From Balamuthia mandrillaris (Eukaryota), in the NCBI GenBank assembly GCA_031835245.2, contig JAVKOQ020000019.1:186001-250000 (forward strand): a DNA stretch of 64,000 nt, written 5' to 3'. The translations under genes were made by a program, and so were the position numbers. A model generated the notes under the pieces. That model was not told the origin of the DNA, searched no databases, and saw nothing but the letters and a program-made list of their open reading frames with translations. Shown piece by piece: positions 1 to 11,781 of this stretch. Positions within the stretch are counted from its first letter, which is position 1. Each line of letters opens with the position of its first letter.

Positions 1-8
1 TTCCTTAG

Positions 9-493
9 CACAAAACCAATCGCAAGAGAGTGCACCCAAAGAACCTCTTCAATACTGGCTTCCATCCCTCCTTCTCGCTGCTGTGAATAACGACGTCAAC
101 ATCGCCAAAGTTGGGGCACTGTACGACCCGAAAGTGGACCGAGCAGCACGCCCTCTTATCCCTCTCTTTGATGTCTTCTTCCTTCCTTCCTATCCATCCA
201 GCGTGGGAAACTCCGTCATCTGGGTTTGCGGCACGACCTTTCACTTCTCCGCCACGGACCTCTTTGACTGGCTTCGAAAGTCCTTGCACCGTGCGCCTCC
301 CACTTACCATCCCTTTTATTGCGGTTGGTGGCACCAGCCCTCGGGCTATCGGTGGCCGTTGTTGACGCTCGGGCGGGATGCCCCGGAGAGAGCGACCAAG
401 CGGTTTCGCTCCGCGGGACCCTATTGGGACGACTACCTCAAGCTGAACGTCACCGTGGAGGAGTGGGAGACTCTTGTGGAGAAGCTGGAATAA
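9..493 (+). CDS. Terminal exon of an uncharacterised protein (gene starts upstream of window)
   Basis: Acceptor ttccttAG at 7-8, open frame to TAA at 491-493, coding-like composition; no recognised motif. Confidence 0.55.
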
Positions 494-852
494 AAAAAAA
501 ACAACAGTAAAGCAGCTTGCTCGTCCTATAGCGCACCCACGTCAGCGGTCGTTTATCAGTTTTGGCTTTAAAAAGGAAATGTCGTTTCGTTGAACTGTTA
601 AAATTTTGTATAACAAAATCTTAAACTAAACTTGAAACCAACAAAGAAAGAAAGAGGGGAGGAAAGGAGGAGGAAAGTGCACAACGTTTGAAGAAGGTTC
701 TCGGGGTGGTGTTTGGGAAATAGGGAGGAGGGGTTGAAGAGGAAAAGAAAGTCATAGTGGGACGACGTTTTTCTTCTTTGCATCTTACAAGAGAGAGAGG
801 AGAGAGGAGAGAGAAAAGAAAAGAAAAAACGATAAACAATACAGAAAAAAAA

Positions 853-1898
853 ATGAGAGTCACATTCACGCTGCTGCTTCTACTCCTAACGGTGACATCA
901 CTGGCACGAGCGGAGACGAGAGTGCTCGTCTTCCACTCCATCGCCGGCCCCAACGCCCCGCCCAACATCGACGTCGACATCATCCCCACCGGCGGGGACA
1001 TCGGCACCAACATCGCCTCCGACGTGCGCTACGGCACGGGCGAGCTCTCCCCCAGCATCCGGCCCCTCTCCTACACCTTCATCGCCTACGGGCCGCCCGA
1101 GCTGGGCCTCCCCGTGGCCATCGCCGAGGAGGTCGTCCTGGAGGAGAATCAGAGTTACACGGCGGTGGCCGTGGGGGTGCTGCAGGACGAGGAGCCGGAG
1201 GACGCCACCTTTAGGCCGGGCTTCCTGTTGGCCACCAACATCCAGAACTTGGTGCCCGCCAACCAGGCGCGCTTGAGGCTCATGCACGCTGCCGCAAGTA
1301 AGTCTCCCTTTTTGTTTTTCGGGTTGAAGACAAAACAACGTGAGAGAGTGAGAAAGGAAGAAAGAAGAGAAAGAGAAGGAACTTGAAGCAGAGGTTACGC
1401 TACCACTGGACTGACCGCTTTTCTCTTTCTTCATCACTTTCCGCACTTCCCTGCTCTTTCACCACCTCTTCTATTTTCTCTATCACTCACTTTTTCTCTC
1501 TCTTCTCTCTCCGTTTGCTCTCTTCGTGTCTCCTCTTTCATCCTTGTTTCTTCCCCTCCTACCACTACTTCCGCTCTTGCTCTCCTTTTCTTCCAACCCT
1601 CCTCCTCTCAGCGGTGCCCAACGTGGACGTCTACATCAACAGCGTGCTCATCTACGAGAACGTGGGCTATGGCTTCGTGGGCTCCTACCTCCGCGCCGAC
1701 CCCAACGTCGTCACCAAGGTGGACCTGAGGCTCGCCGGGGCCAGCCGCAAGGAGATCCCCTATGTCAGCCGTCAGATCTTCATGCCGCCTGCCGCTCGAT
1801 GGACGCTGCTGGTGTCTGGCATCGCGCGAAGCTTCGAGAACCCCATCACCCTCGTTATCAGTGTAGAGCAGGAAGGAAACGAAGTTCTTTCAAGTTAA
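853..1898 (+). CDS. Secreted DUF4397-domain protein, 2 exons (853-1297, 1612-1898)
   Basis: Signal peptide MRVTFTLLLLLLTVTSLARA; two repeats of the R(V/L)xxxH..P..P.(I/V)DV motif (RVLVFHSIAGPNAPPNIDV; RLRLMHAAATVPNVDVYIN) after removing a GTAAGT..CAG intron. Confidence 0.75.
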
Positions 1899-1999
1899 AA
1901 AAAAACACGAGAACTGTTCTTGTTTTTTTTCAATTGCTTTGTGTGGAGAGAGAGAGAGCGGAAGAGGGGAAGGGAGGAGAAGAGAAGAAAGAGAAGATG

Positions 2000-2215
2000 A
2001 AGAGAAGAGAAGAGAAGAGAAGAGAAGAGAAGAGAAGAGAAGAGAAGAGAAGAGAAGAGAGAGAAGAGAAGAGAAGAGAAGAGAAGAGAAGAGAAGAGAA
2101 GAGAAGAGAAGAGAAGAGAAGAGAAGAGAAGAGAAGAGAGAAGAAGAGAAGAGAACGAGAAGAGAACGAGAAGAGAAGAGAAGAGAACGATGAAGAGAAG
2201 AGAAGAGGAGAATGA
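2000..2215. repeat. (GAGAA)n pentanucleotide array between convergent genes
   Basis: Directly visible tandem repeat. Confidence 0.95.
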
Positions 2216-2360
2216 CGAAGAGAAGACAGAGCGAGAGAAGACAGAATAGACCGAAAGAAAAAAGAAGCACAGAGAAAACAGAGATGGAAAAGGGGTTGTG
2301 ATTTTTTTGAAAGCACAAACAAAAAAAGTCTCTTACAAACAAATAAAAAAAATTGTGGTT

Positions 2361-4404
2361 TTACGAACCATACTCATTGCCTTCTTCGATCTTTTTGAAC
2401 TCGTAGGCGCCCCGTCCGTCGAACTGAAGGACGTACTCGTGATGCTTCCACAAAGACTTGCGATGAGAGACGGTGAACAGGGTGATGCCCAACTCGCGGC
2501 AGTGCTCGTACATGAAGCCCTCCACGTCCACGCTGACGGCGCTCGTGCACTCGTCCAGGATGGCGAATTGAGGGCAGTGATAGAACAAACGAGCCATGGC
2601 CACTCTTTGCTTCTCTCCGCCGCTCAGCACGTCCGCCCAATCTTTTTTTGTGATCATTCACAAAGATGAGAAAGAGAAAGAGAAAGAGAAAGAGAAACAA
2701 AAAATAACCTTGAACAGCATCCCATCCTCCTTCTCTCTCCACAAGATATCCCAAGTGCACCTGTTCCAAGAACTTGACCAGGTCCTCATCCGCCAGGCCC
2801 GCCCTCTGCATCTGCTTCTTGGAGTGGGGGTAGATGACCTGATCTCTCAACGTGCCCAACGCCAAGTAAGGCCTCTGCGGGATGTAGAAAAGTTTGCTGG
2901 GCTCTGGTTTGGTCAAGACGCCGCCAAAGAGAGGCCACAACTCGCCGAGGATACGGAAGAGGGAGCTCTTGCCGCAGCCGTTGGGTCCGCATACCAGCAC
3001 GTTCATCCCCGAGCGCACCTCAAAGTTGAGGCTCTCGATGAGGAGGTCGCCATTAGGGGTGACCACGGGCACGTCCTCAAACTTGATGATGTGATCCTGT
3101 GTCACTATCTTACCGCTGTTCGGAATGAGTTGTCTGCTCGGCGACGTTCTTGTTCGTTTTCCTGCTCCTGATGAAGCAGCTTTTCCTTCTTCTTCTTCTC
3201 CTTCTCCGTCTTCTCCTTTCGTTGGAGGAAGATCGTTGGAGTTGGAGACCATGGTCCGTTGGTAGGTTCCATGGTTCAAGTCCCTCAGGACAGTTTGGAG
3301 CTCGGTCACTCGGGCGGTATAGCCGGCTAGGCGCGTCAGCTCCCTTCCGGCGAGGACCAGCCGACCCACAGCCATGGCCATGTTCATCAACATGCGCCCG
3401 CTCTTGTAGTAGTCCTCCATGAGCTCGCCGTGGGTCATGCGGTTGTGCTTCTCGTCCTTGGGGTCAAAGAAGGGCCGACTCACCACGAGATAACCCACCA
3501 CGGTGGCCAGGTACTTAGCGATGAGGCTGTCCACCACGCCCAACAAGCAGCGGAACTGCATGGAGTTGCGAAGGTGATCCACCAGGCGATCAAAGGTACT
3601 CTTGATTACAGCTCGCTCCTTCTTGTTGCCGTTGTAGAAGGCCACCTCCTCCGCGTTGGTGATAAGCCGAGAGTTGACATAACGGAACTCTCCCTCGAGG
3701 CGTTGCTCGTTGACGGTGAAGCGGCCGATGGGGCGACGCATGCGTGTGAGCACCAGGCCAGAGAGGATGAGATAGGCAAGCATGCTGGAGGGTCCTTGGA
3801 AACCAATGGCGCCAGTGAGCTTGCGTGCATAAATGAAGATGTCGAGAATAGGTTTGCTGATGTTAGAGTAGAGTTCGGCCACAGAGCTGCAGAACTTCTC
3901 TACGTCTTGGGTGAGAAGCTGATCTGCGTTGGCGATACGGTTGTCCAAGTTGGATACTTGGTAGTATGTGAAGCCTTTTGTTTTTTAACCGGTCATATGT
4001 TCAATGAGAAAGAAAGAAATGTCAAAAAAGAAAGCAGTTACGCGAAAGAGAGAGAGAAGCAATTAAAAAGGCAAAGATGAACAAAAGAAAACCTTTAAGA
4101 TATTCCTTGTAGAGATGGTCAGTGATACGACACCGGAAGCGAAGGCCGAGTTCGCTGAGGCCGTACTTGAGAAGGTTGTTGATGACGGCAATGGGGAAGG
4201 AGGCCAAGATGAAGTTGGTGAACACCTTCAAGAATTCGTTATAGTCCCGCGTGATAATGGTCCTTTCAATGGCCGTTCCGTTTTTCAACATCCAAACCTG
4301 AGTAATTTGTTATTTGCTCATTCTCAGTAATTGGAAGCTAGGGAAGAGCGAAAGAGAACAAAGGGAACGAGAGAGAGGAGAGAGAACAAGAGAAGAAGAT
4401 AGGC

Positions 4405-4436
<32 letters not shown>

Positions 4437-4920
4437 ACAGAGAACAGAGAACAGAGGAGAGAAGAAAGCAGAGAGGGAAGCGACAGAGAATGAGAGTGGA
4501 GAGAAGAAGAATAAGAAGGGGACGAAGAAGAGGAAGAGAAAGACGAGGAGAAGAACTTACGTCACACCACGTTCTCGCCAACATCATGAAAGCTACCAGC
4601 ACCATGTATCCGGACTCGGGCGTGAAGGGTCCGGGGATCATGATCTTCAGCAGGCTCCACAACCTCCTAAAGAAGGTCATGTCCACGGCCACTTTGCTGC
4701 GCGAGGAAGAGGAGGAAGAGGAGGCGCCCTTCTTGGTGTCCCCGGAGAAGATCTCCTTCTTGTCGCTCTTGGCGGAGGAGCGGCGCGTGATGAGGCCGTA
4801 GACGATGACGCAGACGAGCACGCCAACTCCGGCGGCGCTCCTCTCTTTGCTCTTGGCAAAGAGCTCAAAGTAGCGTTTCCAGCCCTGTGCAGCTGGGGCC
4901 AGCTTGGAGTGAGACACCAT
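2361..4920 (-). CDS. ABCD3: Peroxisomal ABC half-transporter, subfamily D (PMP70-like), 4 exons (4920-4561, 4297-4093, 3974-2709, 2641-2361)
   Basis: [18 protein letters not shown]-like NAEEVAFY, Walker [10 protein letters not shown], signature LSGGEKQR, Walker [12 protein letters not shown]; splice phases consistent. Confidence 0.93.
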
Positions 4921-5522
4921 CCTGAAGTGAAGCGAGGAGAGGGATTTTTTTTTTGTTTTCAAAAAAATCAATCAATCGAATTCGATTTTTTGAATTATCG
5001 AAACGAAAAATCAAGTCAAAAGACCGCAGCAGTGAACCGTTCTTTTTCGAGATGACACAAGCAAAAAAAAAAAAAGAGATTCCTTCCCTCCTTTTGTGTG
5101 TGGGTCTCTCTCTTTCTCTTCTCCGTCTTCTCCTTCTCTCTCTTCTTTTTTTTTGCTTTTGCGGGCAATAAAAAACACACGCGGGCGGCGGCGCTTTGCC
5201 GCAAGGGGCAATTTGGCCGAGGAGCCTTTTTTTTTTTGCATTGCTGCACGGTTTGTGCTGCATTGCTGCTCCTGTCTGTTGCGATCGATGATCATCTGCC
5301 TATCAAATGGCCATTGGATAATAAAGATGTGTCGACAGTACCTTTGATTTTGGATTGGTTGTGATGAGGTTTATCGCCGACATCTCTTTTTTTTTGTCCG
5401 ATCGATGACTCTCGTCGACAATATGTTTGATTTTGGATTTGCCGCTGTTGTTCAGTGCTATCATGTCGTCATGAAATAAATCAAAAGCAAAGAAGAAAGA
5501 AGGGAAGAGGGAAGAGCGAGAG

Positions 5523-6197
5523 ATGGATTCTGCCCGCAAGATTCTCTATCGAGCGGAGAAGACCGCCCATTACCACCTCCTCACGGACTTTAAGGCCCGT
5601 ATCCGCTCCTCCAACGACTACACGCCGCTGTGGTTCGGTCCCATGTGGGTGAACCCCCCGCCAGAGTGGACCCTCCGCCACGGGCGGGTGCCCGCCCTGC
5701 GCCACCCGGAGGACCGCCTGCGGGTCATCTGGAACCGCCGCAACGTGCACGCCCAACGCATCGGTGTGGACACCAACCCCGGCGAGGAGGGCTACTGGCG
5801 ACACCCCGGCGACGTCTTTGTGCGCAAGCAGTACAACCTCATGAAGAAGGGGGTGAAGGAGGCGGAGGCCTACGCCATCGTGGAGGAGGAGATGCGCAAG
5901 GAGTTTGAGCTGCGCAACGTGGAGAGGATCCTGCACGTGGAGCAGGCGGCGGACGAGGGCATCTCGCTGGAGGGTAGCGCGGAGGAGCTGGCCTCCCAGG
6001 CCGAGAAGATGGTGGCCTACCTGGATAAGCCCAGCCTGGAGAGCTACCAAGTTTTTTTGAGACAGTTGCTACTTCTCTCTTTTCTTCTTTGTCCTTCTCT
6101 CTGCTCTCCACTTGCTCCTTTCTTCATGCTTCTCTCGTTCTCTCTCTTCGGTCACACTCTCGCTCTTCTTCTTGTCTACCCCTATCCCTATGCTACT

Positions 6198-6244
<47 letters not shown>

Positions 6245-6836
6245 TTTCTCTCACTTTCTCTCTCTCTGCTTTTGTTTTTTCTCACGCCACCAAAACAACA
6301 GGGAAGCTCTGCATGCGCTGATAGCACGGCGCAAGTCCCTCTCCATCCGCCAAAGGATCACACCAGAGGAGCTCCCCAAGGGCATGACCACCCGCGAGAT
6401 TGTGGAGTTCTTGAACAAGTTCCCCGAGAGCGAGCCCTACATCAACACCGAGCTCCTGGACCTGGCTGCCCTCACGCACTCTCCCTTGGGCACCACGGGA
6501 GACCAGGCGGTGACGCAGGGCTCCGTGATCTCTGCTCTGGAGAAGGAGTTGGATGACCTCCACAAGATATCGCTTGCTCGCCAGCGACAGCAGAAGAAAG
6601 AAGTGGCGACGACAACCACAGAAGCGGCCCCAACACCAGAATCGTTGTTGGGAGCGAAGAATGCTCGTTTGTTGGAGAGTTTGAGCCAGTTGGTGGCTTT
6701 TCATCAACACCAACGACCTCACTACCCACCACAGCAACACCAACGCTCTGGCCAGGGCTCCTCCTATCCGCGACCGTCCGATCGCCCTTCCTCCCCATCG
6801 CCCGCGGCTCCGGCTGGGGCTTGGTTCAAGCTATGA
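5523..6836 (+). CDS. MRPS23: Mitochondrial ribosomal protein mS23 (Rsm25/MRPS23-like), intron ~6051-6301
   Basis: PLW...PP, P.L.HPED.L, P..FV.KQ..LM..GV.E.EAY pattern typical of mS23. Confidence 0.7.
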
Positions 6837-7188
6837 GAGAGGACGTGAGAGAGGACGTGAGAGAGGTATTGTACGTGGGAAGCTCTGCTATTTATGGACG
6901 TGAGCATGGACCTGATCAAGGACATGAGACAAGAAGAAATGTTGGCTTCGTTTTCCTGCTTTTTCCCCTTTCTTTCTTTCTCTCCCTTCCCTTCCCTTCC
7001 CTGCATTCATTTCCCTTGGTCTTCTTCTTCTGCTTCTTCCTCCTCCTCTTCCGGATGATGATGATTCGTTGGATTTAGTGTCGATCCCAACAAAACAAAA
7101 ACTTGAAATCAATCATCACAAAACAAAAAAATAGAGAGAAACACACACACGCACGAAAACAAAGGGAGAGAGAGAGGGAAAAAAAATA

Positions 7189-7352
7189 ATGGAAGATTTT
7201 CATGTGATAGGGTGGGTGGGCATCCCTCTCTACGCTATTCTTGGGGTGGTCTCCTTCGGCACGTTTGTATGGACAGTGGCTCGCACAAAACCGCACATCT
7301 CGTTCACGGTGCCACGCGTGTTCCACATCCTTCTTCTTGCTTTCATCACTGG

Positions 7353-7416
<64 letters not shown>

Positions 7417-8973
7417 CTCCTTCGTTTTTGTTTTTCAACTCAACGGTTCTTTGTTGTTAGTGCGGCTAACGTGGGTGTGCATCAAGACGCTCACGGAGGA
7501 GACGGACGTAACCTACGCCCTCAACCGCACTGCTTTCAGCTTCTACTTTTCTTCTTTCGTTCTAGTCGTCTTTCAATGGTATATCCTCATCATTCTTCGT
7601 TCTTGTTGTTGTTGTTGTTCTTCTTGTCCTTGTTCTTGTTGTTCTTCTTCTTCTTGTTGTTGTTGTTCTTCTTCTTCTTCTTCTTGTTCTTCTTCTTCTT
7701 CTTGTTCTTCTTCTTGTTCTTCTTCTTGTTCTTCTTCTTGTTCTTCTTCTTGTTCTTGTTGTTCTTCTTCTTCTTGTTCTTCTTCTTGTTCTTGTTCTTC
7801 TTCTTCTTCTTCTTCTTCTTCTTCTTCTTCTTCTTCTTGTTCTTCTAGTTCTTCTTCTTCTTGTTCTTCTAGTTCTTCTTCTTCTTGTTCTTGTTCTTCT
7901 TGTTCTTGTTCTTGTTCTTCTAGTTCTTCTTCTTCTTCTTGTTCTTGTTTGTTCTTCTTCTTCTTCTTCTTGTTCTTGTTGTTCTAGTTCTTCTTCTTCT
8001 TCTTCTTCTTCTTCTTCTTCTTGTTCTTCTTCTTCTTCTTCTTCTTGTTCTTCTTCTTGTTCTTGTTCTTGTTCTTGTTCTTGTTCTTCTTTTCGTTCGT
8101 TTCCTTCTTCCTCTTGTCCCATCTTTCTCCGTTTAACACCACCAAAACATATTACTCCAGGGCAGAAATCTATCACAAAAACTACATCGAGTCCATAGAT
8201 GAGCGGGCACGGCCGTTCCTTCCTCGCCTGCGGTGGGTCTTCCTCTTCGTAATCACCCTGATATGGGTGTGTCAAATCGGCTTTGTGGCCACTAAGCTGG
8301 CCATGGACTATAACGAAGGTGACGCCGTCTACGAGACGAACGTACTGGTCGATGCCTTTGCCTCGTTGGTGGTGTCCATTCTCTTTGCCATCTATGGCGT
8401 GCTGCTGTTGATGCACCGAAAGGCAGAAGTGGCTGAGATTTGGGGAGGGGCTTTGGATGTTGGAGGCGTAAGTAACCTTCCTTTGTCTTTCGTCTTAGTT
8501 CTTCTTCTTCACCATTCTCCCGTCATTATGCTATTATTCTTCCTCTTCCTCTTTGTTCTTATAATAACTTGTTTCCTCCTTCATCTCTCTTTCTCTCCTA
8601 GATTCTTGGAATCACATTAGCTTTTGTGGTATGCTTCCTTTTGCGCGTGGCGATGTACCTCTATCGGCCCATCACAGGGGACTACCTCCCCGACGCGGCC
8701 TTTGTGACCTGCGCCTATTACGTGCCTGAGATCGTGCCATCGTTGCTGCAAATTTACATTGTACAGACCAGCAAACACAAACTTCGTTTGGAGGCAGAGT
8801 TCATCGACAACCTTTACGCGGAGGCTGAGGAGGAGACAAGCAAGCGGTATTTTGGAAGGGGAGGAAGAGGAGGGGAGGAAGAGGAGGATGGCTTGTATGA
8901 TCACTTGCGGACGGAGACGTCCGACCTTTTGCTCACCCCGCCCTCTGCTGCTTTATATACCACCTTTGAATGA
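7189..8973 (+). CDS. Multi-pass membrane protein, TOM1/THH1 (DUF1084)/GPR137-like, 4 exons
   Basis: ~7 hydrophobic segments after splicing; FYFSSFVLVVFQWAEIYH, VCFLLR, YYVPEIVPS motifs. Confidence 0.7.
7590..8095 (+). repeat. Intronic compound (CTT/GTT)n microsatellite, ~500 bp
   Basis: Visible repeat inside a GT..AG intron. Confidence 0.95.
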
Positions 8974-9045
8974 CGTTGTTCTCCTCTCGAAAAAATTAGG
9001 GTTAGGGTTGGAGAGGTTATATTAGGGTCACACAGTGTGGTGCAG

Positions 9046-9163
9046 CGCGCAATGGTATGGTTTAACAAGTGGTCCTTGTCGACATTAATTTCCCCCGCTT
9101 ATCGCAGCAGGGAAGCGCAAGGACTTTTTTGCTGCCGTATTAAGCCCTTTCCATTTCTTTTCA
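9046..9163 (-). repeat. Dispersed ~117-bp conserved non-coding element, copy 1
   Basis: Reverse complement aligns block-wise with 26458-26573. Confidence 0.9.
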
Positions 9164-9342
9164 CTGGATGGTTCACGAAAAGAGCTCGTTTTTTGCTGTT
9201 GTTCTGCTAGGTGCTGGGACCCTCGTTCCGCATTCGTTCCCCCTTTTTTTTTCTTCTTTTTCTGTTCTTTCTTTTTTTTTTTTCACTGCTACACACACAC
9301 ACAACGCACTCTCTCTCAGTTACAAAGAAGGTTCGCTGCTCT

Positions 9343-9393
<51 letters not shown>

Positions 9394-9662
9394 TACTTTG
9401 TAGGATGAGTTTTCCTTGCCACGACATGCATACACATAATGGGTGTAGCTTGAAGTCAATTCCTTTAAACTGATTTTCTTATTTTTTTTTAAATCTCTTT
9501 CACACCTCTTTCTTTTATTTTTTTTGTTTTCTAATCACACACTCTCTTTTTTTTTTTCTACAATCAATCTATCAGTGCGTTTCGCGAGCCCCTCTCCCCT
9601 TTGAGATGTTTTTCTTATCACACAATAAATGTTTTTTTTCTTCAACCTCCTCGTCTCTTGCT

Positions 9663-11319
9663 CTACCAACAAGTCACATTTGTGCGCAGCTCCGCCGAAG
9701 AGATGGTGAACATCGTGTCCAGCTCCTCCCTGTCCGGCACCGCCACGATGGCCTCCCGCACCTCCCCCGCCAGCTTCCTGATCAGCCCGGCCAAGCCCTT
9801 GCGCCCCTCTTCCTCCTCCACCTCCCCAAAGCGCAGCAACGCCTCCACCCTGGGTGGGGCGAGAAAAAATCGAATCAAATCTTTGCTCACCCGAAACAAA
9901 AAACAAAAGGAAGAAAGGAAACTGCAACGCTCAACGAACCTCGCCCTGGGCACATCCACAGCGTTCCAGTTGCCCCCGCCTTCCTCTCGCACGGCCCTCC
10001 GCACCACCGCCCAGTGCGGCGAAGAGGGCTCCCTCCATTGCCCTTGCTGGGGATGATGCGTGTTGGACTCGGCCAGGTGCCGCTGGGCCTTTTGCTGCAG
10101 GTGGACAATGTGGTGCTTGATCAAGGCCAGGCGGACGGGGCGGTCCTCGGCCAGGCTCTCCTCCGAGGGAGGGGACTCGGACATGGGACGGACCAGGCGC
10201 TCCCTCGCCCGGTCCAGGCTGTTGCCTGGGTAGAGCTGGTACGTCACCGTCTCTTTGGAGAGCTTGGTGGTTTGTTTGTGAGCGAAGAAGGAAGAGAGAA
10301 GGAAGAAGAAAGAAGGAGAGAGAGAACTATGGAAAGAGAAGAAAGAAGGGAGAAGGAAGAAAGGAAACTGTACCTGGGCAACAGGAATCTTGGCACTGTA
10401 GACCATGACCTGGAGAAAGGCCATGTCCTCGTGCTTTGCAAACACGGCTTGCTCAGGGAAGCCCTCCACAAACTCAAACAGCTTGCGGAAGAGGCACCGG
10501 TTGTGTGGAATCATGGACTCGATCTGTTGCTTCCACTCGGGCACGATGCCCTTGAGCATCACCTTCACTCTCGTGGTGGCCTTTTTGTTGCAAGCAGAGA
10601 GAAAGGCGACAAAGAGGAATGAGAAGAAGAGCGGAGAGGGAGGGAAGCATCGATGAAGCCAGCAGGAGAGAGCAGAGGACCAGGCGATGAGCAACAAACC
10701 ATAGCGCGACGCTGCCAGCCATCCCTTAAAGCCGAGAAGCACGTGGAAATGTGATCCTGGTGGTAGAGGTCATCCGCGTCCAGGAAGAACAGCACCTCCC
10801 CGGTGGAGTGCTCCACGCCGATGTTCCTGGCAGTGCCAGCCGTGACCCTGTCCAAGAGGGCCACCAGCTTCCACTCTGGATTGAAGCCGGCCCCATCCAG
10901 CCGCTGTTGGTGGATGAAGTTCACCACGGTGGAGACGGTGTTGTCCGTTGAACCATCATCCACAATGACCACTTCGGTCTTCATCTGTTTTCACAAAAGC
11001 AAAAATGAAGTGGTGAGAGAGCGCGTGCCGCAACAAGAGGTAGATGATCAAGAAGAAGCGAGACACATTGCCGTACTGTTGAGGCTTCAGGGGTGGAGAT
11101 CAAAAAGTGCATGATGCTGGACTGCACACTCCGCAAGGTCAGCAAGATGTTGGCAGCAGCGTTGTGCGCAGGAATGACAACCGACAAGGAGGTAGGAGGC
11201 CTGTCCGCAAACATGCCATCGGGCAGTTTCAGCGGCGGCAGGATCTCCTCCAACGCCAAAGCGGAAGCAACAAACAAGCACAGCCAAGCCACGCCCACTC
11301 GTCGTGCCGTGCAGCGCAT
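9663..11319 (-). CDS. Glycosyltransferase family 2 protein with signal peptide, multi-exon
   Basis: LSVVIPAHNA, EVVIVDDGSTDNT, ARNIG..STGEVLFFLDADD. Confidence 0.85.
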
Positions 11320-11781
11320 CTTTTGGTGGTTGTCGTAACGCTCTGCTCTTGGGCGATTCCTCTGTCTGAAACGCACCGTTCTCCTGTTCCTTTGGTTCGG
11401 TCTTTTCTTCTTTTTTTGTGTTGTGGAGTGCCGATAGGCTGCACCATTTCTGCTCGTTTCAGTCAGCGAAACTCCGAAACGACACTCTGGATGGTGATTG
11501 GTTCATCCGGAGTTACAACTGCTTTTTTTTTTTTTTTGGAAGGGACTATAGTGTGTCGTTTGGCCCGCTACCGCTGCGAGGGTGCACACGGTCGTTTGCA
11601 GGGTGTGCGTTTAAGATGGTTGTCGGCGCCTCAAAAAGGCGTGTCTCGTTCTTTTAATTTTTTTTTTTTGTGAACTTTTTTTTCTTGTGTTTTCTATTGG
11701 GGTGAGGGTGAAAAGAAGCCGGAGCATAAGGAGGAGGAACGAACTTTTTCAGATACAGGAAGAGAGGGATAGTGAAACCAA

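Noticed and set aside
6835..6868. 12-bp tandem repeat after the mS23 stop; (TTGCTCAC)n at ~24052-24083
   Set aside because: Short slippage repeats with no sign of function
7579..7590. U12-type (ATATCCT) donor
   Set aside because: A GT donor two bases upstream gives the correct frame with a CAG acceptor; the consensus match is incomplete
7241..8416. Long poly-Ser/Cys, poly-Phe, poly-Arg ORFs (also at 1890-2342, 15960-16646, 18701-19506, 31112-31935, 32572-32946, 38577-38906)
   Set aside because: Translations of intronic or intergenic microsatellites that lack stop codons
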